From Thermomicrobiales bacterium (GTDB lineage Bacteria; Chloroflexota; Chloroflexia; Thermomicrobiales; CFX8), in assembly GCA_037045155.1 (NCBI GenBank), contig JBAOIG010000002.1, forward strand, positions 534,433 through 598,432: a stretch of 64,000 bases of DNA, read 5' to 3'. The notes under the pieces are model-generated. The model saw nothing but the letters and a program-made list of their open reading frames with translations, was not told where the DNA came from and did no database searches. The stretch's first letter is position 1, and each line of letters starts with the position of its first letter. Below, piece by piece: positions 35,952-44,232 of the stretch. Position numbers and translations under genes: made by a program.

Positions 35952-37346
35952 GTGAGTTCGTTGTCAGCGCCCAAGCTCTGGGACAAGGGATATGAAGTCG
36001 ACCCGCGCATCCAGCGCTTTGAGGTCGGCGACGACCTGACCTGCGACCAGAAGCTGGCCGTCTATGACGCGCTCGGCTCGGTCGCCCACGCCGCCGGCCT
36101 GGTCAAGATCGGCCTTCTGCCGGTCGAGACGTTCCACGCCCTGCGCGAGGAGCTGGCGAACATCGTCGCGCTGGCCAGGCAGGGCGAGTTCCAGATGTCG
36201 CTGGCCGATGAGGACGTCCACACCAAGGTCGAGAACTGGCTGACTCAGCAGCTCGGCGAGCCGGGCAAGATGATCCACACCGGCCGCTCGCGCAACGACC
36301 AGGTCGTCGTCGACCTGCGGCTGTTCACTCGCGAGGCGGTTCTGCCGGTCTACGACGCCATCCTTGACGCCTGCGACGCCCTGCTGGCCATGGCCCAGCA
36401 GCACGCGACGACGCCGATGCCGGGCTACACGCACATGCAGCGAGCGATGGTGACCTCGGTCGGGGTCTGGGTCGGCGCCTTCCTTGAGTCGCTGCTCGAC
36501 GACCTGACGCTGCTCGACGCGGCGGTGGCCTTGTCCGATCAATCGCCGCTGGGCTCGGCTGCGTCGTACGGCGTCGGGCTGCCGCTCGACCGGCAGTACG
36601 TCTCCGACCTGCTCGGCTTCGCCAAGGTGCAGAACAACGTCCTCTACTCGCAGCACGGGCGCGGCAAGTTCGAGCTGGCGATCGTTCAGGCGCTCGCCCA
36701 GGTGATGCTCGACTTCTCCAAGTTGGCACAGGACATCCTGCTGTTCACGACGAGCGAGTTCGGCTTCTTCGATGTGGATGTCTCGGTGACGACCGGGTCG
36801 AGCATCATGCCGCAGAAGAAGAACCTCGACACGATGGAGCTGCTGCGCGGCAAGGTCCACGTCATCGCGGCGATGCAGCAGCAGATGCTGACGATCCTCG
36901 GCGGGACGCCGCTGGGCTTCAACGCGGAGTACCAGGACACTAAGCGACCATTCATGGAGGCGCTCGACCTGGTCGAGGCGTCGGCTGTCGTCGCGGCGCT
37001 GAACGTCTCGAAGCTGACGCCGAATGAGGAGCGCATGCTGGCGGCCTGCTCGCCGGACCTGTTCGCAACCGATGTCGCCTACGACCTCGTCCAGAAGGGC
37101 GTGCCGTTCCGCGACGCCTACCGCCAGGTGGCCGGCATGCTCGACGACCTGGCCGAGTTCGACGCGCATGCTGTGCTGGCGATGCGGACGCACCAGGGGA
37201 CCAGCGGCGACCTGCGACTGGACGCGTCGGCGGGGAATATCGCCGCCCGGCGGAAACAGGTAGCGGCTCGGCAGGCAGAGCTGGCCGAGATCGAGGCCGG
37301 CCTGCTCGACGGCACTGCTGCCGGATTGCCCGGAAAGGCAGGCTGA
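35952..37346 (+). CDS. argH: Argininosuccinate lyase
   Basis: GTG start after GAGGATGAGG. KLWDKGY...GSVAHAAGL...TGRSRNDQV...MPGYTHMQRA...GSSIMPQKKN (fumarate-lyase signature). Confidence 0.9.
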   Translation: MSSLSAPKLWDKGYEVDPRIQRFEVGDDLTCDQKLAVYDALGSVAHAAGLVKIGLLPVETFHALREELANIVALARQGEFQMSLADEDVHTKVENWLTQQLGEPGKMIHTGRSRNDQVVVDLRLFTREAVLPVYDAILDACDALLAMAQQHATTPMPGYTHMQRAMVTSVGVWVGAFLESLLDDLTLLDAAVALSDQSPLGSAASYGVGLPLDRQYVSDLLGFAKVQNNVLYSQHGRGKFELAIVQALAQVMLDFSKLAQDILLFTTSEFGFFDVDVSVTTGSSIMPQKKNLDTMELLRGKVHVIAAMQQQMLTILGGTPLGFNAEYQDTKRPFMEALDLVEASAVVAALNVSKLTPNEERMLAACSPDLFATDVAYDLVQKGVPFRDAYRQVAGMLDDLAEFDAHAVLAMRTHQGTSGDLRLDASAGNIAARRKQVAARQAELAEIEAGLLDGTAAGLPGKAG

Positions 37347-37558
37347 CGATGATCTGGAACGCCGTGGCCTGGCCACTGACCCTGCCGGACCCTGCTGATG
37401 GGAAGCTCTTCCCTCTGGCGAGACAGCCTATCAGGCCCTGGCCGGCACGAGCCGGTCATGCAGACAGGGACTCGTAAGGGCGGGAAGACATCCCCGCAGC
37501 CAACTCGAATGATATTGCGACAACATCGATCGACACGATCGTAGAAGGACAGATTCAG

Positions 37559-37723
37559 ATGACGACCATGTGCCCGGAGTGCGCCGCTGAGCTTGAGATG
37601 ACAGACACCATCGTTGGCGAGATCGTCCAGTGCACCGACTGCAGCAGCGAGCTCGAGGTTCTCTCGACCAGCCCGTTCGAGCTCGGCCTCGCGCCGGCCG
37701 AAGAGGAAGACTGGGGCGAGTAG
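37559..37723 (+). CDS. lysW: Amino-group carrier protein LysW/ArgW (54 aa, not in the ORF track)
   Basis: MTTMCPECAAELEMTDTIVGEIVQCTDCSSELEVLSTSPFELGLAPAEEEDWGE*. It has a CxxC...CxxC zinc ribbon and the diagnostic C-terminal EDWGE tail. Confidence 0.85.
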   Translation: MTTMCPECAAELEMTDTIVGEIVQCTDCSSELEVLSTSPFELGLAPAEEEDWGE

Positions 37724-37743
37724 GGGACGGCCCTCACAGCTGG

Positions 37744-37875
37744 CCCTCACCCCGCCCCTCTCCCAACCTTAGGAGAGGGGGAGATTGGTATTGAGATTGA
37801 CGGAATTGCGATTGGCAACCGACACGCCAGCAATACGACACCCCTCTCCCCGCGGGAGAGGGGCAGGGGGTGAGG
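37744..37875. repeat. Palindromic C-arm/G-arm element, copy A (full, about 132 bp)
   Basis: Ends CCCTCACCCCGCCCCTCTCC ... GGAGAGGGGCAGGGGGTGAGG are inverted repeats. Internal hairpins at 37755-37780 and 37841-37863 (10-bp stem, 3-nt loop). AT-richer core with 5 ATTG iterations. Confidence 0.8.
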
Positions 37876-37882
37876 TCTCCCC

Positions 37883-38692
37883 GTGATCCACCTCCTCGCC
37901 CCGCGGCTCCGCGTCGAGGAGCGTCTGCTGATGCAGGCGTTCGCCGAGCGTGCGTGTGAATCAGCGCTGCTGGACGCGGCGGCGATGTCGATGTCGTTGA
38001 CCGGCGAGCCAGGAGCCCTCCCGACTGTCGTGCTCGACCGCAACGTGGCGACCGGCGAGAGGGCGGTGCTGGGGGCGCTGCTGGCGGCGGGTGGTTCGGT
38101 CGTTGTGAACCGGACGGCAACGACGCGCATGCTGGCCGATCGGCTGGCGCTGGTTCGCCATCTGGTGATCGCCGGGGTCGCTGTGCCGGAGACGGTCGTC
38201 GCCTTCGGCGAAGGGCCGGCGATCGATGCGGCCCGGCAGGTGGGCTACCCGCTGCGGATCATGGCGCCGGTGGTGACGCCGTCACTGCCAGACGCGCTGG
38301 CCGGCGACGCCGACTCCGCCGAGGCGATCCTCGAGCACCGCGCGACACTGGCGCACGAGACGAGCGTGCTGCTGCAGTCCGTCCCGGAGGGCCAGTGCTG
38401 GCGCGTCGTGGTTGTCGGCGATGCGATCGTCGCGGCGACCGGCGAGACGGCCGATGGACCTGCTCCGACAGGAGATGTTCCGGACGAGATCGCGGCAGTG
38501 GTCGAGCGAGTCGTCTCGCGATTGGGGACCGGGGTGTACGCGGTGCATGTTGTCGAGACGAACGGCGGCCCGGTCGTGACCGGCGCGAGCAACCTCGTCG
38601 AGTTCCGCGCGCTGCAGCAGGCCGGCTACGATATTGCCGGCCGGATCGCCGACTTCACCATCACGCAGATCGACGGAGGGGCTTCCGCATGA
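37883..38692 (+). CDS. Divergent LysX/ArgX-like ATP-grasp paralogue (269 aa)
   Basis: GTG 37883. [19 protein letters not shown]..., [16 protein letters not shown] and [10 protein letters not shown] align to the RimK/LysX layout, but the HW.TN.ARGG-type loop seen in the second paralogue is absent. Stop overlaps the lysK ATG (ATGA). Confidence 0.6.
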   Translation: MIHLLAPRLRVEERLLMQAFAERACESALLDAAAMSMSLTGEPGALPTVVLDRNVATGERAVLGALLAAGGSVVVNRTATTRMLADRLALVRHLVIAGVAVPETVVAFGEGPAIDAARQVGYPLRIMAPVVTPSLPDALAGDADSAEAILEHRATLAHETSVLLQSVPEGQCWRVVVVGDAIVAATGETADGPAPTGDVPDEIAAVVERVVSRLGTGVYAVHVVETNGGPVVTGASNLVEFRALQQAGYDIAGRIADFTITQIDGGASA

Positions 38693-39802
38693 CCAGTCTG
38701 ATGGCCCTGACGGTCGCCGACATCGCGACCGGACTGGTCGGTATCCCCAGTCTCTCGGGTGATGAGGCGGCTGCGGTCGCCTGGTTGTGCAGGCGAATGG
38801 CGGCGCTGGGCTACGACGCGTCTGTCGACGGCGCGGGGAACGCAGTCGGGACCATCGGCGCTGGTGAGCGCGAGATCATGCTGCTCGGCCACATCGACAC
38901 AGTGCCGGGCGATATCCCCGTCCGTGTCGAGGGCGGCATCCTCCACGGGCGCGGGGCGGTTGACGCGAAGGGTCCGCTGGCGACGTTCGTCGCGGCCGGC
39001 GCGCGGGCGACGCTGCCAGCGGGGGTGCGGCTGACGGTCGTCGGCGCGGTCGGCGAGGAGACGTTCGGCTCGCCCGGCGCAACCTGGCTGCGCGATCACC
39101 ACCCGACGCCAGACATGCTGATCATCGGCGAGCCGAGCGGCTGGGATGGGGTCGTCCTCGGCTACAAGGGCTCGCTCGGGCTGACGGCGACGGTGGCCTG
39201 CCCCGTCGAGCCATTCGGCCGGGCCGGAGCCGACCGCGCCAGAGCTGGCCTTCGCGTTCTGGCAGCGATTGCAGGACTGGCTGACAAGACATAACGCTGG
39301 AGCTGATTCTGGCTTCATGACGCTGGATGCGACGCTGCGCTCGTTCGACTCGGCCAGCGACGGGATGACCGGGACGGCGACGTTGGACGGCACGTTTCGG
39401 CTGCCGCCGGGGACGACGATCGCCTGGGTGCGCGAGCAGGTATCGGCATTGGCCGGCGGCGTCGCGATCGAGTGGCAGGAGAACGCCGAAGCGTACCGGA
39501 CCGACAAGCGCTCGCCGCTGGTCGCGCCGTTTCTGGCGGCGATCCGCGCGGCCGGCGGTCAGCCGAAGCTGAAGGTCAAGACCGGCACATCCGACATGAA
39601 TGTCGTTGGCCCGGTCTGGGGCTGCCCGGCGGTCGCCTACGGTCCCGGCGACGCCCGCTACGACCACACCCCCGACGAGCAGATCCCGCTTGCCGACCTC
39701 GACCTCGGCGTCACGGTGCTGGCGGCAGCGATCACCCGCGTCGCCGCGCGAGGACCCCTCCCCCCCGCCCCCTCCCCTGCGAAGGGAGGGGGAGATGAGT
39801 GA
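38689..39802 (+). pseudogene. lysK: [LysW]-lysine/ornithine hydrolase (M20, ArgE-like), interrupted by a frameshift near 39205-39214
   Basis: Frame 1 gives MTSLMALTV...[10 protein letters not shown]...RGAVDAKGP...GEETFGS...[17 protein letters not shown] then junk. Frame 2 continues [24 protein letters not shown]...YGPGDARYDHTPDE. The last 16 codons and the stop lie in repeat copy B. Confidence 0.8.
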
Positions 39803-39868
39803 CCGGCACCGAATCGCGTCCTCCCGTGACACCCCTCTCCTCACAGGGGAGGGGCGAGGGGAGGGGTT
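39752..39868. repeat. Palindromic C-arm/G-arm element, copy B (full, about 117 bp)
   Basis: Left hairpin 39768-39792 (CCCCCTCCC/GGGAGGGGG). Right hairpin 39832-39854. Outer ends ACCCCTCCCC ... GGGGAGGGGTT are inverted. Confidence 0.8.
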
Positions 39869-40724
39869 CTCGTCCCCTCGGCTCGGCATCCTCGTCTCGC
39901 ATCTCCGCGAAGAGGAGAAGCTGATCCTGGCTGCGGCGGGCGAGTTGGGCGTCGCGACGCAGCTGATCCAGGATCGGACGCTGGCGCTGGACCTGTCGGA
40001 TCCGGCGCCGCCGGAGGTGGATGTCGTGCTCGACCGCTGCGTGGCGCATACGCGCGGTGGGTACGCGCTGCGCGTCTTCGAGGCGTGGGGAGTGCCGACC
40101 GTCAACCCGAGCGCGACGGTGGCGACCTGCGACGACAAGGTGCTGATGTCGCTGGCGTTCGCGACGGCCGGTGTGCCAGCGCTGCGGACCGCCGTGGCGT
40201 TCACCGTCGAGAGCGCCCTGGAGGTCGGCGAGCGGCTCGGCTATCCGCTGATCGTCAAGCCGGTGACCGGCTCGTGGGGTCGGCTGCTGGCGCGGGCGAA
40301 CTCGCCGGCCGATCTGCGAGCGATCCTGGAGCAGAAGAAGGCGCTGGGCGGGCCGCAGCACGGGGTGTTCTACCTGCAGGAGTATGTCGTGAAGCCGGGG
40401 CGCGACCTGCGCGTGTTCTACGTCGGCGGCGAGGTGATCGCGGCGTCGTATCGCAACTCCGCGCACTGGATCACCAACGTCGCCCGTGGCGCTGTCTCGA
40501 CGACATGCCCGATCACCGACGAGATCGTCGCAGTGACGCGGCTGGCGGCGAGGGCCGTCGGAGCGGAGATCGCCGGGGTCGATCTTGTCGAGACCCCGGA
40601 TGGATTGAAGGTCATCGAGATCAACGGCGGGGCCGAGTTCAAAGGGCTGCGCGGGACGACCGATGTCCCGATCGCGCGGGTCATCGTCGAGCACGCGATC
40701 TCGCGCGCAGCCGTCGGCCGATAG
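39795..40724 (+). CDS. lysX: LysW--amino acid ligase (RimK-type ATP-grasp)
   Basis: LGILVSHLREEEKLILAAAGELG, VVLDRCV, CDDKVLMSLAF, YPLIVKPVTGSWGRLL, FYLQEYV, RDLRVFYVGGEVIAA, HWITNVARGA, VDLVETPDGLKVIEINGGAEF. The only in-frame start is ATG 39795, inside repeat copy B. Confidence 0.85.
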   Translation: MSDRHRIASSRDTPLLTGEGRGEGFSSPRLGILVSHLREEEKLILAAAGELGVATQLIQDRTLALDLSDPAPPEVDVVLDRCVAHTRGGYALRVFEAWGVPTVNPSATVATCDDKVLMSLAFATAGVPALRTAVAFTVESALEVGERLGYPLIVKPVTGSWGRLLARANSPADLRAILEQKKALGGPQHGVFYLQEYVVKPGRDLRVFYVGGEVIAASYRNSAHWITNVARGAVSTTCPITDEIVAVTRLAARAVGAEIAGVDLVETPDGLKVIEINGGAEFKGLRGTTDVPIARVIVEHAISRAAVGR

Positions 40725-40757
40725 AGAGATCCCGAAAAGGGTTGGGGAAGAGGAATC

Positions 40758-41810
40758 ATGGCAGGGTTGAAGGCCAGCATCGTCGGCGGTTCGGGATATG
40801 CAGGGGGCGAGCTGCTCCGGCTGCTGCTCGGTCACCCCGAGGTCGAGGTTGCCCAGGTGACATCGCGCTCGCTGGCCGGCAAGCTGGTGACGACGTCGCA
40901 CCCGAATCTGCGCAAGCGAACGACGCTGAAATACAGCATGCCGGCGGCGCTGGAGTCGTGCGACGTCCTGTTCATCTGTGTGCCGCACGGCGCGTCGTCG
41001 CCGAACGTGAGCGAATATCTGGATAAGGCCGGCGTCATCATCGACCTGAGCGCCGACTTCCGGTTGCGCGACGCTACCGACTACAAGACCTGGTATGGCT
41101 GGGAGCATCCACGGCCAGAGCTGATCCCGACAACGGTCTACGGCCTGCCGGAGCTGCACCGCGAGGAGATCCGCCAGGCGAATTACATCGCCAGCCCTGG
41201 CTGTAACGCGACGGCCAGCATCCTGGCGCTCTATCCGCTGGCGGCCAGCGGGCTGCTCGACCCGACGATGCCGATTGTCGTCGAGGCCAAGTCAGGGTCG
41301 TCCGGCTCGGGCGTCGAGTCGGGGCCGGCCAGCCACCACCCGGAGCGCAGCGGAGTGATGCGCTCGTTCAAGCCAACCGGCCACCGGCACTCAGCCGAGG
41401 TGATCCAGGAGCTGTCGGTCAACGGCTTCTGCCCGAAGGTCAGCTTCACCGCGACCTCGGTCGAGGCAGTCCGCGGCATCCTGGCGACGGCGCATGCCTT
41501 CACAAAGGAACCGGTGACGGACAAGGATCTCTGGAAGATCTACCGTGGCGTCTATGGCAGCGAGCCGTTTGTCCGGATCGTCAAGGAGACGCACGGTATC
41601 CATCGCACGCCAGAGCCGAAGATCCTGTCGGGAACGAACTTCTGCGATGTCGGCTTCGATGTCGATCCGCACGGCAACCGGGTGGTCGTCACGGCTGCGA
41701 TCGACAATCTGATGAAGGGCGCGGCCGGCCAGGCGCTGCAGGCGATGAACATCCGCATGGGCTTCGAGGAGACGCTCGGCCTGGAGTTCATGGGTCTGCA
41801 CCCGATCTAG
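40758..41810 (+). CDS. lysY: [LysW]-aminoadipyl/glutamyl-phosphate reductase (ArgC family)
   Basis: IVGGSGYAGGELLRLLLGHPEVE...ASPGCNATASILALYPL (active-site Cys)...DNLMKGAAGQALQAMN. Confidence 0.9.
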   Translation: MAGLKASIVGGSGYAGGELLRLLLGHPEVEVAQVTSRSLAGKLVTTSHPNLRKRTTLKYSMPAALESCDVLFICVPHGASSPNVSEYLDKAGVIIDLSADFRLRDATDYKTWYGWEHPRPELIPTTVYGLPELHREEIRQANYIASPGCNATASILALYPLAASGLLDPTMPIVVEAKSGSSGSGVESGPASHHPERSGVMRSFKPTGHRHSAEVIQELSVNGFCPKVSFTATSVEAVRGILATAHAFTKEPVTDKDLWKIYRGVYGSEPFVRIVKETHGIHRTPEPKILSGTNFCDVGFDVDPHGNRVVVTAAIDNLMKGAAGQALQAMNIRMGFEETLGLEFMGLHPI

Positions 41811-41824
41811 CTCAGCGGATTCGC

Positions 41825-41860
41825 TTACTCCCCTCCCTTCACAGGGGAGGGCGGGAGCCC
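41825..41860. repeat. Solo right-type module of the C-arm/G-arm element (copy C)
   Basis: TTACTCCCCTCCCTTCACAGGGGAGGGCGGGAGCCC. Hairpin 41831-41851 has the same TCACA loop as the copy B right module. Confidence 0.65.
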
Positions 41861-41878
41861 TTTGGGCAATGGAGGGGT

Positions 41879-42688
41879 ATGCTCGTCATCAAGCTCGGCG
41901 GCAGCGCCGGGATCGATTCATCCATGACGCTCGACGATCTGGCCACGCTCTGGCCTGGCGAGCGCATCGTGTTCGTCCACGGCGCGAACGCCGCGCTGGA
42001 CGCCTTTCAGCGCCAGGTCGGCCACGAGCCCCGGTTGGTGACCTCGTCCACCGGCCAGGTTAGCCGCTTCACCGATCCGGAGACGATGGACGATTTTCTG
42101 GCGATTTACGCCGGCCGGACGAATAAACGTCTCGTCGAGGGGCTGCAGATGCGCGGCATCAACGCCGTCGGGCTGACGGCGCTGGATGGCGGCATCGCCC
42201 GCGGACCGCGCAAGGACGCGATCCGTATCGTCGAGGACGGCAAGCCGAAGATCCTGCGCGGCGACTACGCCGGCAGCATCAAACAGATCGATACACGACT
42301 GATCGACCTGCTGCTGGACAACGGCTACCTGCCGGTGCTGACACCGCCGGCTGTCAGCCTGAACGGCGAGGCGATTAACGTCGACGGCGACAAGCTCTCG
42401 CTGCGCCTGGCCGAGGCGTTGCAGGCCGACGCGATGGTCCTGCTTTCGAACACGGCCGGCCTGCTGGCGAATCTCGACGACCCGGACTCGCTCATTCGCG
42501 AGATCGACGTCGCCAACCCGGCCAGCGTCGAGGCAGCGATGACGGCGGCCGGCGGGCGAATGAAGAAGAAGGTCCAGGCCGGCATCGACGCCGTTGCGGC
42601 TGGCATCGGCCGCGTTGTCTTTGCCGACGCACGCGTCGAGCGGCCCGTCAGCCGGGCGCTGGCCGGCGAGGGAACGGTTGTGGGGTAG
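41879..42688 (+). CDS. lysZ: [LysW]-aminoadipate/glutamate kinase (ArgB family)
   Basis: MLVIKLGGS...VFVHGAN...GINAVGLTALDGG...LPVLTPPAVSLNGEAINVDGD. ATG after GGAGGGG. Confidence 0.88.
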   Translation: MLVIKLGGSAGIDSSMTLDDLATLWPGERIVFVHGANAALDAFQRQVGHEPRLVTSSTGQVSRFTDPETMDDFLAIYAGRTNKRLVEGLQMRGINAVGLTALDGGIARGPRKDAIRIVEDGKPKILRGDYAGSIKQIDTRLIDLLLDNGYLPVLTPPAVSLNGEAINVDGDKLSLRLAEALQADAMVLLSNTAGLLANLDDPDSLIREIDVANPASVEAAMTAAGGRMKKKVQAGIDAVAAGIGRVVFADARVERPVSRALAGEGTVVG

Positions 42689-42694
42689 GAGTAG

Positions 42695-42880
42695 GAACCC
42701 CTCCCCCAACCCCCTCCCCTGTGAAGGGAGGGGAGATGGAGCTTAGTGCCCGCGGAAGGCTACGTCACGATGCCTCCCCCGTGGAGACGGGAGAGACGAG
42801 AAGAGCGGGTCGTGAACTGGACAGCAGGTCTCGTCTCTTCGTCCCCCTCCCCTCGAAGGGGAGGGGCGAGGGGAGGGGTC
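42695..42880. repeat. Palindromic C-arm/G-arm element, copy D (full, about 186 bp)
   Basis: Left hairpin 42711-42733. Right hairpin 42844-42866 (CCCCTCCCC/GGGGAGGGG). Extra internal inverted repeat GAGACGAG...CTCGTCTC. Ends AACCCCTCCCCC ... GGGGAGGGGTC. Confidence 0.8.
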
Positions 42881-42905
42881 ATCCCTTTCACTATAAGGAG
42901 CAACC

Positions 42906-44084
42906 ATGACGATTACGACGGACATCATCAATGCTGACCGGACGCTCCAGCCGCCGCTGTATGCCAAGCGCGAGGTCGTGCTGGCGCGGGGCGAGGGGGC
43001 GACGCTGTGGGACAGCGAGGGCAACGCCTTTATCGACATGATGAGCAACTACGGGGTGAACGTGCTGGGACACGCCCACCCGGCTGTGACCGAGGCGATC
43101 GCCCGGCAGGCGGGGCTGCTCGTGAGTTGCCACCAGTCGTTCGTCAGCGACATTCGGGCGCAGTTTCTGGAGACGTTGATTGGGCTCGCGCCCGACGGAA
43201 TGACGCGGGCGTTTCTGTCGAACTCGGGAACCGAGGCGATCGAGGCGGCGCTGAAGTTCGCCCGCGTCGCGACCGGGCGAGACGGCATCGTCGCCACGCG
43301 GGGTGGCTATCACGGCCGGACGATCGGCGCGCTGGCGGCAACGGCGGAGAAGAAGTATCGGGAGCCGTTCGCGGCGGTTCTTGCGCCAGCGACCCACGTG
43401 CCGTTCAACAATCTCGACGCGCTGGAGGCAGCGGTCAACAGCACGACGGCGGCGGTGATCCTCGAGCCGATCCAGGGCGAGGGCGGCATCGTTGTTCCGG
43501 ACGATGACTACCTCGCCGGCGCGCGCCATATCGCCAGCGCGGCCGGCGCAATGCTCATCCTCGACGAGGTGCAGACGGCGTTTCGGACCGGGACATTCTT
43601 CGCCTGCGAGCCCAGTGGGATCGTGCCGGACCTCCTCTGCACCGCCAAGGGGCTGGCGAACGGTGTCCCGATCGGCGCGACGCTGATGACCGAGGAGGTT
43701 GCTGGCGTTCTCGGCGGCGGTGTCCATGGATCGACGTTCGGTGGCAACCCGCTGGCCTGCGCGGCCGGCCTGGCGACGATCGATGCGATCCGCGCCGAGG
43801 GGCTGCTGGAACGCAGCGTCGCGCTCGGCGAGCGGCTGCGCGGAGGGATCGAGGCGCTGGCGCATCCGAAGGTGCGGGCAGTCCGCGGCCAGGGGTTGAT
43901 GACCGGGGTCGAGTTCCGCGTGCGGGTGACACCGGTGCTGAAGGGGCTGCAGGACCGCGGCGTGCTGGCGCTGCCGGCCGGCAGCCTGGTGATCCGGCTG
44001 CTGCCGCCGCTGGTGATCAGCGAAGAGCAGATCGACCGGGCTGTCGCCGCGCTCGGCGAGACGCTGGATGCGCTCGGCGGCTGA
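42906..44084 (+). CDS. lysJ: [LysW]-aminoadipate semialdehyde / acetylornithine-type class III aminotransferase
   Basis: ATG after AAGGAG. GNAFIDMMSNYGVNVLGHAHP...SNSGTEAIEAALKFAR...ILDEVQTAFRTG...CTAKGLANGVPIGA (PLP lysine). Confidence 0.9.
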   Translation: MTITTDIINADRTLQPPLYAKREVVLARGEGATLWDSEGNAFIDMMSNYGVNVLGHAHPAVTEAIARQAGLLVSCHQSFVSDIRAQFLETLIGLAPDGMTRAFLSNSGTEAIEAALKFARVATGRDGIVATRGGYHGRTIGALAATAEKKYREPFAAVLAPATHVPFNNLDALEAAVNSTTAAVILEPIQGEGGIVVPDDDYLAGARHIASAAGAMLILDEVQTAFRTGTFFACEPSGIVPDLLCTAKGLANGVPIGATLMTEEVAGVLGGGVHGSTFGGNPLACAAGLATIDAIRAEGLLERSVALGERLRGGIEALAHPKVRAVRGQGLMTGVEFRVRVTPVLKGLQDRGVLALPAGSLVIRLLPPLVISEEQIDRAVAALGETLDALGG

Positions 44085-44232
44085 TGACGCAGCCGGCAGC
44101 CAACAGCAATGCCGCGCGTCGAGTACCATACGCATCTATCGAGTTCCGATTCACGATCAGGGATGGCCAGGTCATGGCTGTCCCTGTTGTGTCCCGTTTG
44201 TGGGCTATTGAGCGATACAGGGGTGTGAGAGC

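Noticed and set aside
37347-37558. Possible lysine (L-box) riboswitch or other leader in the 212-nt gap before lysW
   Set aside because: I could not recognise L-box conserved helices or motifs by eye. It needs a covariance-model scan (Rfam) before any claim.
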